From a candidate division WOR-3 bacterium (GTDB lineage: Bacteria > Hydrothermota > Hydrothermia > B15-G9), in NCBI GenBank assembly GCA_015489175.1, contig WGAI01000012.1:36307-100306 (forward strand): DNA of 64,000 nucleotides, in the 5' to 3' direction. Below, one piece after another: positions 39,134 through 48,697 of the stretch. The notes beneath the pieces are model-generated. The model was not told the DNA's origin. It was given only the letters and a program-made list of their open reading frames with translations, and ran no database searches. Numbering within the stretch: position 1 is the stretch's first letter; the number at the start of each line of letters is the position of its first letter. The translations under genes and the position numbers were made by a program.

Positions 39134-39156
39134 TCCAGACCGGTTACTTCCCGTCG

Positions 39157-41061
39157 TTAACCAAGTTTCTTTAGCTCAACATAACCGCCCACAGGAACCT
39201 TAACTTTGTCGATCACTTGCCTGTATCCCTTCTCGACCATATTGTGAGCGTAATCGTATGCCCTGTATTCCATAGCATCAGGCGCTTCTGTCTCTGCAAC
39301 AAACAGCTCCTCCCTTGATGTAGCGTTCAGGATGAGAATCCTATCTCTGTAAGGCAGGAACGGAATTTCAAGCGCTGGGTGCAACACGGTTATCATAGCC
39401 GTGTGGCCGTCATCCCTTTTCCAGACCATCAGTGACGGATCAAGCGGCTCAAAATCGCCGTCACGGTAGAGCGGTAACAACGAGTTGAACAGGCCGAGCC
39501 ATGCGCGCATGATTCGCTTCTGCTTCTCAGGCATCTTCAGCGGGTTGATAGTGAAATTGGGCACCCCCATAGAGACTTGCCTAATTAACAACAGTGCGAG
39601 ATGCTCCGGTGACTCGTATTCCGTCCAGATGCCGTAATCGTTATGCACCACAGGCACATAGGCCGAAGGATACATGGAGCGCAACATCATTATGTTCGGA
39701 TCAAACGGCGAATCGCCGCCTCTGACCACGCTCGCATAAACGCTGAGTTCCACATTCCCGTAATTGTTTTTGATACTATACATGAAGTCGGGATCGCGCT
39801 TCCGCGCCGCCTCAAAAAGCTCGCGGTAAATCAATCTGATGCCGTCCGATGTCGTGGGCACATCGTGCTCGTGGTCGGCGTCGCACGGCTCATCCGGCAT
39901 GTAGTCGAAGAGGTCAATCTTAACGCCTCCTGCACCGTAATCTATGAGCTTCAATAGGTTGTCTATCATGATCTGGCGCGCCTCAGGGTTCCTGACGCAA
40001 AGTGTGTGGAACCCGGCGGGGCACTTGTAAAGCTTCCCATTCACATGGGCCAGATACGGCCTGTACCGCTCAAGGTTGCGCGAATGTGGGCCGACACATA
40101 TCGGGCAATACCACAAAATCGGGTTAATTCCGATCTTCTTAAGCTCCTTGATCGTGTCTCTGATGTCGTCGAACTTGCCAGGCACCGTTATCGGCCAATC
40201 GCCTATGTCGATCACCATCGACACGGAATCGAGACCGTGGCCATACCAGCCATCGTCGAATATGAACGCCTTAAGTCCGAGGTCGGCCGCCGCCTTCGCA
40301 GCTTCAACCACCCACTCATGCGTCATGTGGTCGGAGTTGATTACTCGCCATGTGCACATTGCGGGGTAAAATGCGCGGTCGGTCTTGTAGAATTTCAGGT
40401 TGCGCATGGCCTGATACTTGCGGCCATACCTGCGAAGCTCATGCCACCATGTCTTTTCACTGCCTCCGACATAGAACCCGTCCTCAAAAACTTTCAACCT
40501 GCCAAGCGTTATCCCTTTGCCGACTGGCTTCGTTATGCGGAATTTCAGCCTGCCACCTTGCACGGTCAGAGAGTTTTTTCGGTTAGCTCCTGGCGAGAAG
40601 AAATGAAATTCCGTGTCCTTTAGGTCGCCGAGCAGGCCAAGCGCAAAGAGCGGCTTCTCCTGAAGGTCCAGCAGCGCAATGAACGGGTTGCCGAACGCGC
40701 GCCCGGTCAGAGTGAACTTCCTCGACCACACCTGTCGCGGCAGAAAATGGTTCATGTAAAAGCGGCCAGAATCCGGGACGATTACTTTGCCGAAATTCAG
40801 GAGCGGCAAACTAAATGTGTAAATGACACGCGTTAAATCCATCTCCTTGCCGTCTTCCCGATAAAACTTGAACCTCGGATGCCCATCCTCATCGAACCAC
40901 AGCTCAACCACATAACCGTCGCGGTGGTAAACTCCTTCCCGTATGGTGGAAATACCCTGAAAGTTAACTTTTTTGCCGTCAACCTCGGCCATAAAGTAGA
41001 ACCTTTTGAGCTTCACCTTCATGGTTTCCCTCCATTTTTGAGGCGTATTTTTACAACCCAA
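39157..41061 (-). CDS. alpha-galactosidase/melibiase-like glycoside hydrolase (GH36/GH27 clan)
   Basis: TIM-barrel motifs KAFIFDDGWYG and GVKIDLFDY, typical of the DDGW and KxD nucleophile regions in clan GH-D. 634 aa. Probable start at internal MKVKLKRFYF (about 41022). No signal peptide. Confidence 0.65.
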   Translation of the reverse strand: MGCKNTPQKWRETMKVKLKRFYFMAEVDGKKVNFQGISTIREGVYHRDGYVVELWFDEDGHPRFKFYREDGKEMDLTRVIYTFSLPLLNFGKVIVPDSGRFYMNHFLPRQVWSRKFTLTGRAFGNPFIALLDLQEKPLFALGLLGDLKDTEFHFFSPGANRKNSLTVQGGRLKFRITKPVGKGITLGRLKVFEDGFYVGGSEKTWWHELRRYGRKYQAMRNLKFYKTDRAFYPAMCTWRVINSDHMTHEWVVEAAKAAADLGLKAFIFDDGWYGHGLDSVSMVIDIGDWPITVPGKFDDIRDTIKELKKIGINPILWYCPICVGPHSRNLERYRPYLAHVNGKLYKCPAGFHTLCVRNPEARQIMIDNLLKLIDYGAGGVKIDLFDYMPDEPCDADHEHDVPTTSDGIRLIYRELFEAARKRDPDFMYSIKNNYGNVELSVYASVVRGGDSPFDPNIMMLRSMYPSAYVPVVHNDYGIWTEYESPEHLALLLIRQVSMGVPNFTINPLKMPEKQKRIMRAWLGLFNSLLPLYRDGDFEPLDPSLMVWKRDDGHTAMITVLHPALEIPFLPYRDRILILNATSREELFVAETEAPDAMEYRAYDYAHNMVEKGYRQVIDKVKVPVGGYVELKKLG

Positions 41062-41444
41062 CCACCTGATTACAAGATTGAAAAAAGATTTTTCGCCCCA
41101 CGATACAAAATTTCAATCAAAAATCAGAACCTGATGGGTATCACTCTGATTACAAATATGTTATGCTTCACATATCCGATAATGGATAAAACTTTGGGCA
41201 TCCTACAGCTTCCAAAAGTTTCAATGTTATCGGGAAAAGAGAGAACTGGAACGCCAAAAATTTGCTGTTTGCGTACAGATGTTGAGAATTATATCAATGT
41301 AATACAAAATGTTACAACATAAGGCCATTTAAGACCGTGACGGGATGTGTGGCGCAGAAAATGGATTTTTCCGAAGACATGTTTTCGATGATTCTGAGGA
41401 TGGTTTACACTACAATAATCCACCACAGAGCACGGGAGGAAATT

Positions 41445-42635
41445 ATGAAACTGCTTTTGTTGATGGTTTTCGCTTTTGGTGATACGCTGCACCTGACGAT
41501 GGACAAAGCAGTTGAAATCGCTTTAAAAAACAGTCCGACATTGAATTCGAGCCGTGAGCAGTCTCGAATGGGCAGGCTGAACTTCATGGAATCAGCTCTG
41601 TCGTATGGGGTTGTGCCGACGCTAAGCTTCAACAAGATCGACACAATGCCGTCAACCCAGAACTTCACCCTTAACCTCACCATTTTCAGCATAAACGGCT
41701 TAAATTCAGTGGTGAACTCATTCGCATCTGCCCGCTCATCGTCATACGCGCTCCAGCAGAGCAGGAATTCGCTCATCCTCAATGTGAAAACGAGCTATCT
41801 CATGGCCCTGTCCGCGCAAAAGTCATACATGGCGCGCGTTAAGCAGCTCAAAAGGGCTCAGGAGAACCTCAGGTTTGTCCAGGCGCAATACGAGCTCGGC
41901 AACGCAAGCCGACTTGACCTTCTCGGCGCAAAAGTTCAAGCTGGACAGGCAAAGCTCAATGTGCTCAAGGCTGAAACCGATTACCGCAACAGCATAAGCA
42001 ACTTAGCGGTCGTGCTCGGATTTGACCCGTCGAGGCCAATTCTGTGCGATGACATTGAGATGGAGATCGATACTGCACTGCTCCCCCCCGATTCGCTTGT
42101 GAAGATTGCAATGGAAAACAGACCTGATCTGCGTTCGCTGAGGGCGTCACTTTGTGCTTCAAAGGCATCGTTCTGGCTCAAAACCTTCTCGTTCCTGCCG
42201 AGCGTGAGCTACAACTTAGAATGGGACAGGAAGGAAGGTCAGGCGTGGACGAAAACTGGCCCGAAAAGATACATCTCCCTACAGTTCAACATACTCGGCT
42301 ATCCATTCCGTGTGGCTGGAGGTCTTGGTTCAGTGAGAAAAGCGGAGTTTGAATATCGAGCCGCTTACCTTCAGGCCGCCAACGAAATAATTTCAAGGTA
42401 TAACGACTTTAAGACCGCTTACAGCAGTTACATGCTGGCAAAAGAGGTGTTTGAGCAGGCGAAAGCCGCCTATGAGCTTGCGAAAGTTCAACATCAGGCC
42501 GGCCAGATAGGCATTATCGAGCTATTCAAAGCCGAAAGCGACCTCGCTGATGCAGAATCGCAGCTCTATTCCGCACGGTATCAGCTATACATCGCAAAGG
42601 AAAAACTGGATTACTCGGTCGGCACAATTCAGTAA
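41445..42635 (+). CDS. TolC-family outer-membrane efflux protein (orphan)
   Basis: ORF 41337..42635. The start at 41445 (MKLLLLMVFAF signal peptide) is preceded by a GGGAGGA RBS. Two OEP repeats with coiled-coil character. No adjacent periplasmic adaptor or transporter. Confidence 0.75.
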   Translation: MKLLLLMVFAFGDTLHLTMDKAVEIALKNSPTLNSSREQSRMGRLNFMESALSYGVVPTLSFNKIDTMPSTQNFTLNLTIFSINGLNSVVNSFASARSSSYALQQSRNSLILNVKTSYLMALSAQKSYMARVKQLKRAQENLRFVQAQYELGNASRLDLLGAKVQAGQAKLNVLKAETDYRNSISNLAVVLGFDPSRPILCDDIEMEIDTALLPPDSLVKIAMENRPDLRSLRASLCASKASFWLKTFSFLPSVSYNLEWDRKEGQAWTKTGPKRYISLQFNILGYPFRVAGGLGSVRKAEFEYRAAYLQAANEIISRYNDFKTAYSSYMLAKEVFEQAKAAYELAKVQHQAGQIGIIELFKAESDLADAESQLYSARYQLYIAKEKLDYSVGTIQ

Positions 42636-45600
42636 CCTGTGACGCTCCTTCTCCTCAGGAATTCGACGATGCCTATCGGTGCAGTTCCGTCGCAGTTGCC
42701 AGCTACACCCGGCTGAGCTGATGGCATGATTTGCGTCATCCTGTCCTCGATGAACTGAATTAGCTCTCCGAGCGAGACAACGCCGTCGCCATCGCCGTCA
42801 GCATCACCATGTAACCCACTGTCTATCAAATACATGAACAGAGTGTAAGACCTGTTGTTGTATGGATAGAGGTAGCTCGTGGACTGGAGTTGAGACGATG
42901 ATATGAGGCAAATGCTCTGGACGGAATCGCCCACGGCAAGAACCGCGTCGTTGAGGCTTGAAAGGAAATCGCTGAAATCGCTATACATCGATGTCGCCTG
43001 ACTTTTCTGATAATACCATTTCAGCATCCTATCGTTAACGCCGTCGAAAAACAAGATCTTCCGACTGCGGTTGATCCTCATCGTGTTCTTCAGCATGTAG
43101 CTTGCTATGGAGCTTGACGGGATGTCATTCGGCTTCGTGTAGTAGCCTAAAATGTAGAAAGCATAAGGGTTTTGCGGATCAATTATCGCCGGTGCAAACA
43201 GCCCAACTATCACGAGTCCGGTGTCACCGGCCTGCATAACGAACCTCCTGAGCCTCTCGATGAACCTTGACGGAATTGCATTTTTACCTACGAAGTAGGC
43301 GACATTGCTGCGTTTGAGGGCAAGTCCTTCTCTGAGGTCCTGGTAGAAAGCACGCGCAGAGGTGGTGTAACCGTTCACAGCAGGGAACTGCGGATCTCCC
43401 GGCGCATCAAGCCCATAGACTATGAGGTAGATGTTGCTAACTTCCCCTACCTTCAGGAAATAGCTTTTGGTGATGATCTGGCCGTCCTGCTTAATCCCCT
43501 GAAGGACAAGTTGATAGATGCCCGGTGAAGGCGCCTGAATGTTGATGCTGAAGTTGCCGTTTGCATCGATACTGAGCTCAGGGTTGTAGGCAATGTGCTG
43601 CCCCACAATAGGTTTCAGGTTATACATCAGGTTGAGCGGCATGACGCTGAGGTTGACATGTCCTCTCAGGACGGTGATGGTGGACTGAGAGTAAGGGATC
43701 GATATAATTCTGTTACGCAACGGCATTGGGGAGGTGATAAACAGGTCGTTGGTCTCTTTTTTGGGCAAACTTTGAACGGTCATTCGAGGCTCAGACTGAG
43801 CTGTGGTTGGCTGCGTTCTTTCGGCCTGCGGCATTGTGATCGATGGCGTGTGGTTCGGCGGAGATTGTGATTGAAGGTCGTTAGCCTCGATGTTCGCGTC
43901 CTGACTAACATCGGGGTTACTGGAAGCATTCGGAGATGGCAGTGATGTGGGTGGGACGAACGGTTGATTTCCCTTGGTTCCCACCGTCACGGGCTCATCA
44001 GCCTCTGTTTTATACGCCTCGGGTTGGGCTTCAGCCGTCGCGACAAAACTGCTTGCATTGTAATCGGTTGAGCCATAATTGATTTCCATGACGGAGATTC
44101 TGCCGTAATCGTGGAGTAGGGAGATCCGGTCATCATTTGGCGAGAGCGCTATGTTGCAAAGTCCTTTAGTGTGAAGGTTATACATGATGTTTACCGTCCC
44201 TGAGTTCATGGCAAGCACCAGCATGGCGGATGGATAGGCAACGAGCAGGTAGCCGGCCCTTTTCATAAACTGCATCTTCACAACAGGCTCCTCAAAATCG
44301 GTGAACCGGGCCAAATGGTAGAACCTGTTGTTTTTTAAGGAGTAAAATGACACCTCACCTGTCCGATATCCAACCGCCAACAGCCCATGAACGGGGGAGT
44401 AATCTATAGATGTAACCTCTTGCTGCACAGTGGTATTTATGGAGATAGGGGACGAAGGACTGCCGTTGTATCGGATGAAAAACACGCGCCCGTTCTTCGT
44501 GCCTGCGAAAAGCATCATCTCGCCCTGTCCGACACTTACGACATTGAGTTCGGAGATCGCCGTGCCGGCCGCACTGGTGAGCCGAATCCGCGATTCGACG
44601 GCGTGATTTCTGCGAACAACCACGATCACGCCGTCATCGCCGCCGACGAAAAATCTGTTGTCCGCCACATCCATCGCCGTAACACGGGTCAACTCAGGCG
44701 CGTTAAAACTGTCAACCACAGTGCCATCCCTGAAAATCAGCACGGTGCCATCTAAGTTGACCGCAACACCCCCGCCCTCACCCGGCATGGTGGATATGTC
44801 CACAAAACGGTTCTGGAAGTCGGAAGGCAGAGCGTTGTCAATGCTAAAGGTGGTATCGTTCAAAAACAGAAAGCTGTTCTCCGTTATTAAAATAAGTTTG
44901 TTGGTGTCCGTGTAAGCCATCGGCGACGGATTTGTGGGACTGCCAACATCGTTTATGAAGCCGTCCACGCTCCACAACAGGGCGCGCGTCTCTGGCTCCA
45001 GCGCTATGACACTGTGGTAAAGAGAAGTTATTGCCAGATAACCACCTAACGGCTCATCAGAAGGTATGAACAGCATGAAATTTATCCTGGCCTTGAGCAT
45101 ATCGACGCCCATCGGCTTGCTTCTCTGCATAGTATCCAGCGAAATGACGCTGATGTAGGTGGTTGGTTTGCCGTAGCTCGAATAATGGGCGACAAACAGG
45201 TATTTTGAATCCATTGAGAACTCGATGGAAGTCACAAACAGGGTTGTCTGGAATTTACCTACCACTTTGTTGTTTGATGCGTTTAAAACAGTGACGCTGT
45301 TCTGCTGCCCATACGCAAGGTATTTGCCATCAGGGCTATACCGCAAAATTATGGAGTAACTTGAGTTGCTCTTAAGGGATAAAGGCGTTAGAGGCTTCAG
45401 CTCTTTGTCCGTGTATCGAAAAAAGTAGATCGCATTCTTGCCGGCTGTCGTAACTGCCAGCACTTTTTGACGGTAGTTGTAAGCAGCCGAGTGTATCTTG
45501 CTCCCCGACTCAAACAGACTGCCTTCTGTTATTTTACCGGATTTGTATGGCGTTAATCCGTTGATTATGTGGTATTTGCTATTGAAATAGACTACGAGGA

Positions 45601-46045
45601 GGTGATTTTTGTCGATGGCCACGAGATAGGACACCGGATTATCGGGGTCGCCGGTGCCGTTATCGATTACTGAAGGGGCCATCGGACGGTTTATGTTCCA
45701 TAACCACACCTTTCCATCATCTCCTCCTCCTGTAACAAATTCGGTATCAATAAATTCCACCACCTGGATTTGCAGGTTGGTATCCACATTGTCCACTTTT
45801 TTGACGAGCAGGTTACGGTATGTGTAACGGGTCTTATCGCCTCTTTCGGCCACGACGACCCCCATCCCGCATGCTATCGCAATGTGCTGTCTGTCAGGAG
45901 AAAGAGAAAGAGAATACGGCTTATCGCTTAAATTACCATAGCCGATGTTACCCAACATCTTAAAGGTTACTGCCCGGATAGATGTCCCCTGTCCCCAGAT
46001 AATCCCCGCGTAAATCGCGATCACAAGTGATCTTTTGAAGTTCAT
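42629..46045 (-). CDS. 1138-aa secreted beta-propeller (WD40/TolB-like) protein with carboxypeptidase-regulatory-like domain and C-terminal EF-hand/dockerin-like Ca-binding loop
   Basis: Signal peptide. Repeated YSPDGKYLAYG-type propeller blades. A P/S/T/Q-rich linker. CarboxypepD_reg-like SPGIYQLVLQGIKQDGQII. C-terminal DADGDGDGVVSLGELIQFIE. No T9SS CTD. Confidence 0.6.
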   Translation of the reverse strand: MNFKRSLVIAIYAGIIWGQGTSIRAVTFKMLGNIGYGNLSDKPYSLSLSPDRQHIAIACGMGVVVAERGDKTRYTYRNLLVKKVDNVDTNLQIQVVEFIDTEFVTGGGDDGKVWLWNINRPMAPSVIDNGTGDPDNPVSYLVAIDKNHLLVVYFNSKYHIINGLTPYKSGKITEGSLFESGSKIHSAAYNYRQKVLAVTTAGKNAIYFFRYTDKELKPLTPLSLKSNSSYSIILRYSPDGKYLAYGQQNSVTVLNASNNKVVGKFQTTLFVTSIEFSMDSKYLFVAHYSSYGKPTTYISVISLDTMQRSKPMGVDMLKARINFMLFIPSDEPLGGYLAITSLYHSVIALEPETRALLWSVDGFINDVGSPTNPSPMAYTDTNKLILITENSFLFLNDTTFSIDNALPSDFQNRFVDISTMPGEGGGVAVNLDGTVLIFRDGTVVDSFNAPELTRVTAMDVADNRFFVGGDDGVIVVVRRNHAVESRIRLTSAAGTAISELNVVSVGQGEMMLFAGTKNGRVFFIRYNGSPSSPISINTTVQQEVTSIDYSPVHGLLAVGYRTGEVSFYSLKNNRFYHLARFTDFEEPVVKMQFMKRAGYLLVAYPSAMLVLAMNSGTVNIMYNLHTKGLCNIALSPNDDRISLLHDYGRISVMEINYGSTDYNASSFVATAEAQPEAYKTEADEPVTVGTKGNQPFVPPTSLPSPNASSNPDVSQDANIEANDLQSQSPPNHTPSITMPQAERTQPTTAQSEPRMTVQSLPKKETNDLFITSPMPLRNRIISIPYSQSTITVLRGHVNLSVMPLNLMYNLKPIVGQHIAYNPELSIDANGNFSINIQAPSPGIYQLVLQGIKQDGQIITKSYFLKVGEVSNIYLIVYGLDAPGDPQFPAVNGYTTSARAFYQDLREGLALKRSNVAYFVGKNAIPSRFIERLRRFVMQAGDTGLVIVGLFAPAIIDPQNPYAFYILGYYTKPNDIPSSSIASYMLKNTMRINRSRKILFFDGVNDRMLKWYYQKSQATSMYSDFSDFLSSLNDAVLAVGDSVQSICLISSSQLQSTSYLYPYNNRSYTLFMYLIDSGLHGDADGDGDGVVSLGELIQFIEDRMTQIMPSAQPGVAGNCDGTAPIGIVEFLRRRSVTGY

Positions 46046-46258
46046 CGTAAATGCTCCTTGCTATTTTTACAGAACAGAAATCTTTTCAATTTTAAGCCGT
46101 AGATCTCACAGCTTCCTATTTCGCTCAATTTCTGCTATCAAAACGAGATTCTGCCACAGATGGCTTTCCTCATAACGGTCAATCACCATCTGCCTCAAAG
46201 ACAGAACAAAAGCGATTAAACTTGTAAAATCCATTGTGTTGCAGGAAAATTCACGGCC

Positions 46259-47686
46259 ATGATAAAACGGCAGTTTTCCGAATTAGACATCCTGATCGTG
46301 GCTCGAGAAGTGTCCAAGTTTCTCAAAAAGCGCAAGGTTAAACAGATAAACAGATTATCGAGGGGCTATATTATACATTTTTTTAAAACTTCGTTGCACT
46401 TTGTGATCGTGCCACATCCTGCCTCGCCACACACATACTTGACAGAGACCGAGATAGAGGCATCGGAAGGGCACAGGTTCTCGCCGCTCTTGACGGGTTA
46501 CATCTTAGACAGCGTCAAAGTCGTTAAGGGCGACCGCATCATGTTCCTGAGGTTTAGCAAGAAAAGGCCATATCCTGACCACAACATCCTCGCCTTAGAG
46601 TTCACTGGCAAGGACTCAAACAGCTGCGTGGTAAACGATGAGGGCCAGATCGTGGCCGTCTCAAGGATTACAAAGAGGTTGGCAGTAGGAAAACCGTATT
46701 CGCCGCCAAAGCCCCGCTTTTCCCTGTTCGATGCCGATGAGCCAGCATTGAAAAAGATCATCCCGTGGCTCATGGACGAGTTCCTGCACCGTTTTGGCGA
46801 CTTCGAGGGGCAGAAATGGCGCAATTTCCTCATGCAGATAGTGGAATCGCCTGAGCCAACGCTGTATTGCGAAAACAACCAGCCCGTGATGTTCTCTCCG
46901 ACGCCGCTCAACGCATTCGAGCACCTTCAAACATGCAGTTTTGAGTTGTATTCTCAGGCGGTGGAGGCGTTTTTCTCGGAAAACAGCTTTCGTGAGGCTG
47001 AAAGTCGGGCCGAGCGCACTCGAAAAAGGATCATGGACGAGATCAGGAAGCTGTCGGATTTCGAGAAATACAGACGATGGGGCGAGTATATCATCGCTCA
47101 CATCAACGAGATACCCCCGGATGCACGGGAAATCGAGATAGATGGCGATAAGGTCAGACTGGATGTGGCCGACACGGTGGCTGAAGCCGCTGAGCACTAC
47201 TTTTCCGTATATCGCAAGCAAAAGCGCGGGCTTGAGAAGCTCATGCAGAGGCTCAAGGAACTGTCCTCCAGCGATGGAACCGAACGCTTTTCCCATCAGA
47301 AGAGGAGCAGCAGGCAAAACCAGAATCCTGCCCACCCATATCGGGTGTTCTATTCACCATCAGGGTTCAGGGTTTTGGTGGGGAAGTCAGCGGCAGGAAA
47401 CGAGTTGATAACATTCGGCCTCGCAGCTGACCATGACTTGTTCTTCCACGCACGCGGTGTGCCGGGTGCCCATGTCATCCTGAAAAGGGATGCCCCGTCG
47501 ATCGATGTCCCTCAGGAGGATGTCGAGTTTGCAGCGAGACTTGCCTTGAAGCACAGCAGGGCGGCAAAGGACGGTAAAGGCGATGTCACATACACGGAAA
47601 GGCGGTTTGTCAAAAAACCGTCAGGCTCGCCCACCGGACTCGTCATATTAGAACGGGAAAATGTCATAAATGTGCGTTTGGATTGA
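46259..47686 (+). CDS. NFACT-family protein (FbpA/RqcH-like, N-terminal NFACT-N plus C-terminal DUF814)
   Basis: C-terminal NFACT-R/DUF814 signature FFHARGVPGAHVILKRD...DVEFAARLALKHSRA. The N-terminal region resembles FbpA. 475 aa. Confidence 0.65.
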   Translation: MIKRQFSELDILIVAREVSKFLKKRKVKQINRLSRGYIIHFFKTSLHFVIVPHPASPHTYLTETEIEASEGHRFSPLLTGYILDSVKVVKGDRIMFLRFSKKRPYPDHNILALEFTGKDSNSCVVNDEGQIVAVSRITKRLAVGKPYSPPKPRFSLFDADEPALKKIIPWLMDEFLHRFGDFEGQKWRNFLMQIVESPEPTLYCENNQPVMFSPTPLNAFEHLQTCSFELYSQAVEAFFSENSFREAESRAERTRKRIMDEIRKLSDFEKYRRWGEYIIAHINEIPPDAREIEIDGDKVRLDVADTVAEAAEHYFSVYRKQKRGLEKLMQRLKELSSSDGTERFSHQKRSSRQNQNPAHPYRVFYSPSGFRVLVGKSAAGNELITFGLAADHDLFFHARGVPGAHVILKRDAPSIDVPQEDVEFAARLALKHSRAAKDGKGDVTYTERRFVKKPSGSPTGLVILERENVINVRLD

Positions 47687-47788
47687 CCTTGCCGAAATCC
47701 CGCCCTCACTCTACTGACACGCTTCAAAAATGGACAAAAAATCCAGTCCTGCCATTAAAATAGAGACCTGAAACCTTAAAGATGGAGG

Positions 47789-48691
47789 ATGGATATGCCG
47801 AAAACAGCGTTTATGTTCCCCGGTCAGGGCTCCCAGAAGGTGGGAATGGGCAGAGAGGCTTACAATTCGAGCCGAAATGCGCGTGTCCTCTTTGAGCGTG
47901 CATCCGAAATAGTGGGATTTGATGTGGCTAAACTCTGTTTTGAGGGACCTGAGGAGCAGTTAAACGATACAAGGTTTACCCAGCCGGCGCTGTTCGTAAC
48001 GGAGATGGCCATCGTGGAGGCCTTAAAAGAAAGAGGCGAACTTGACACGCCTGACATGGTTTTCGGTCACAGTCTTGGCGAATTTATGGCACTGGCTTTC
48101 GCTGAGGTTTTCACATTTGAGGATGGCCTCCTTCTTGTGAAGGAGCGCGGTCGGCTGATGGCAGAGGCCGGCGAGAAACATCCGGGCAAGCTGGCAGCAA
48201 TAATCGGGCTGCCACTTGACCGCATCAAGGAAATAGTCAACTCGGTGGACGGCGTTGTCGTGGCGGCGAACATCAACTCGCCAATTCAGACCGTCATCTC
48301 CGGCGAGGCAGATGCCGTTGAGAAGGCAGCGAAAATGGCAAAGGAGAGCGGGGCGAAACGAGCCATCGTCCTCAAAGTATCGGTGGCATCCCACTCCCCC
48401 CTGATGTCCGAAGCCGCCGAAAAGTTCAGGAGCCTCCTCGAAGATGTCGAATTTCGTTCTCCGAAGGTTCCCGTCATCCAGAATGCCGTTGCGAAGCCGG
48501 TATCCGATCCGCAGGAGATCAAGGAGAACCTTGCCAGACAGCTTGTTTCATCGGTTCTGTGGGTGGACACCCTACGGTATGCCTTCGACAATGGCGTTCG
48601 GCGTTTCATCGAGATAGGCCCGGGCAAAGTCCTGACCGGACTTGCAAAACAGACATTCAAAGACATCGAACTTATCAACATAACGGGGTGA
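47789..48691 (+). CDS. fabD: malonyl CoA-acyl carrier protein transacylase
   Basis: FMFPGQGSQ start region and the GHSLGEF active-site serine motif. 300 aa. Confidence 0.92.
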   Translation: MDMPKTAFMFPGQGSQKVGMGREAYNSSRNARVLFERASEIVGFDVAKLCFEGPEEQLNDTRFTQPALFVTEMAIVEALKERGELDTPDMVFGHSLGEFMALAFAEVFTFEDGLLLVKERGRLMAEAGEKHPGKLAAIIGLPLDRIKEIVNSVDGVVVAANINSPIQTVISGEADAVEKAAKMAKESGAKRAIVLKVSVASHSPLMSEAAEKFRSLLEDVEFRSPKVPVIQNAVAKPVSDPQEIKENLARQLVSSVLWVDTLRYAFDNGVRRFIEIGPGKVLTGLAKQTFKDIELINITG

Positions 48692-48697
48692 AAACCA

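Noticed and set aside
39643-40623. Several 78-205-aa plus-strand ORFs inside the alpha-galactosidase-like gene
   Set aside because: All are antisense to a gene with clear TIM-barrel glycosidase motifs. They are shadow frames.
42629-46045. Calling the 1138-aa protein a caspase-like or C11 peptidase because of the alpha/beta region after the CarboxypepD_reg segment
   Set aside because: I could not find an aligned His-Gly ... Cys catalytic pair. The assignment would be a guess.
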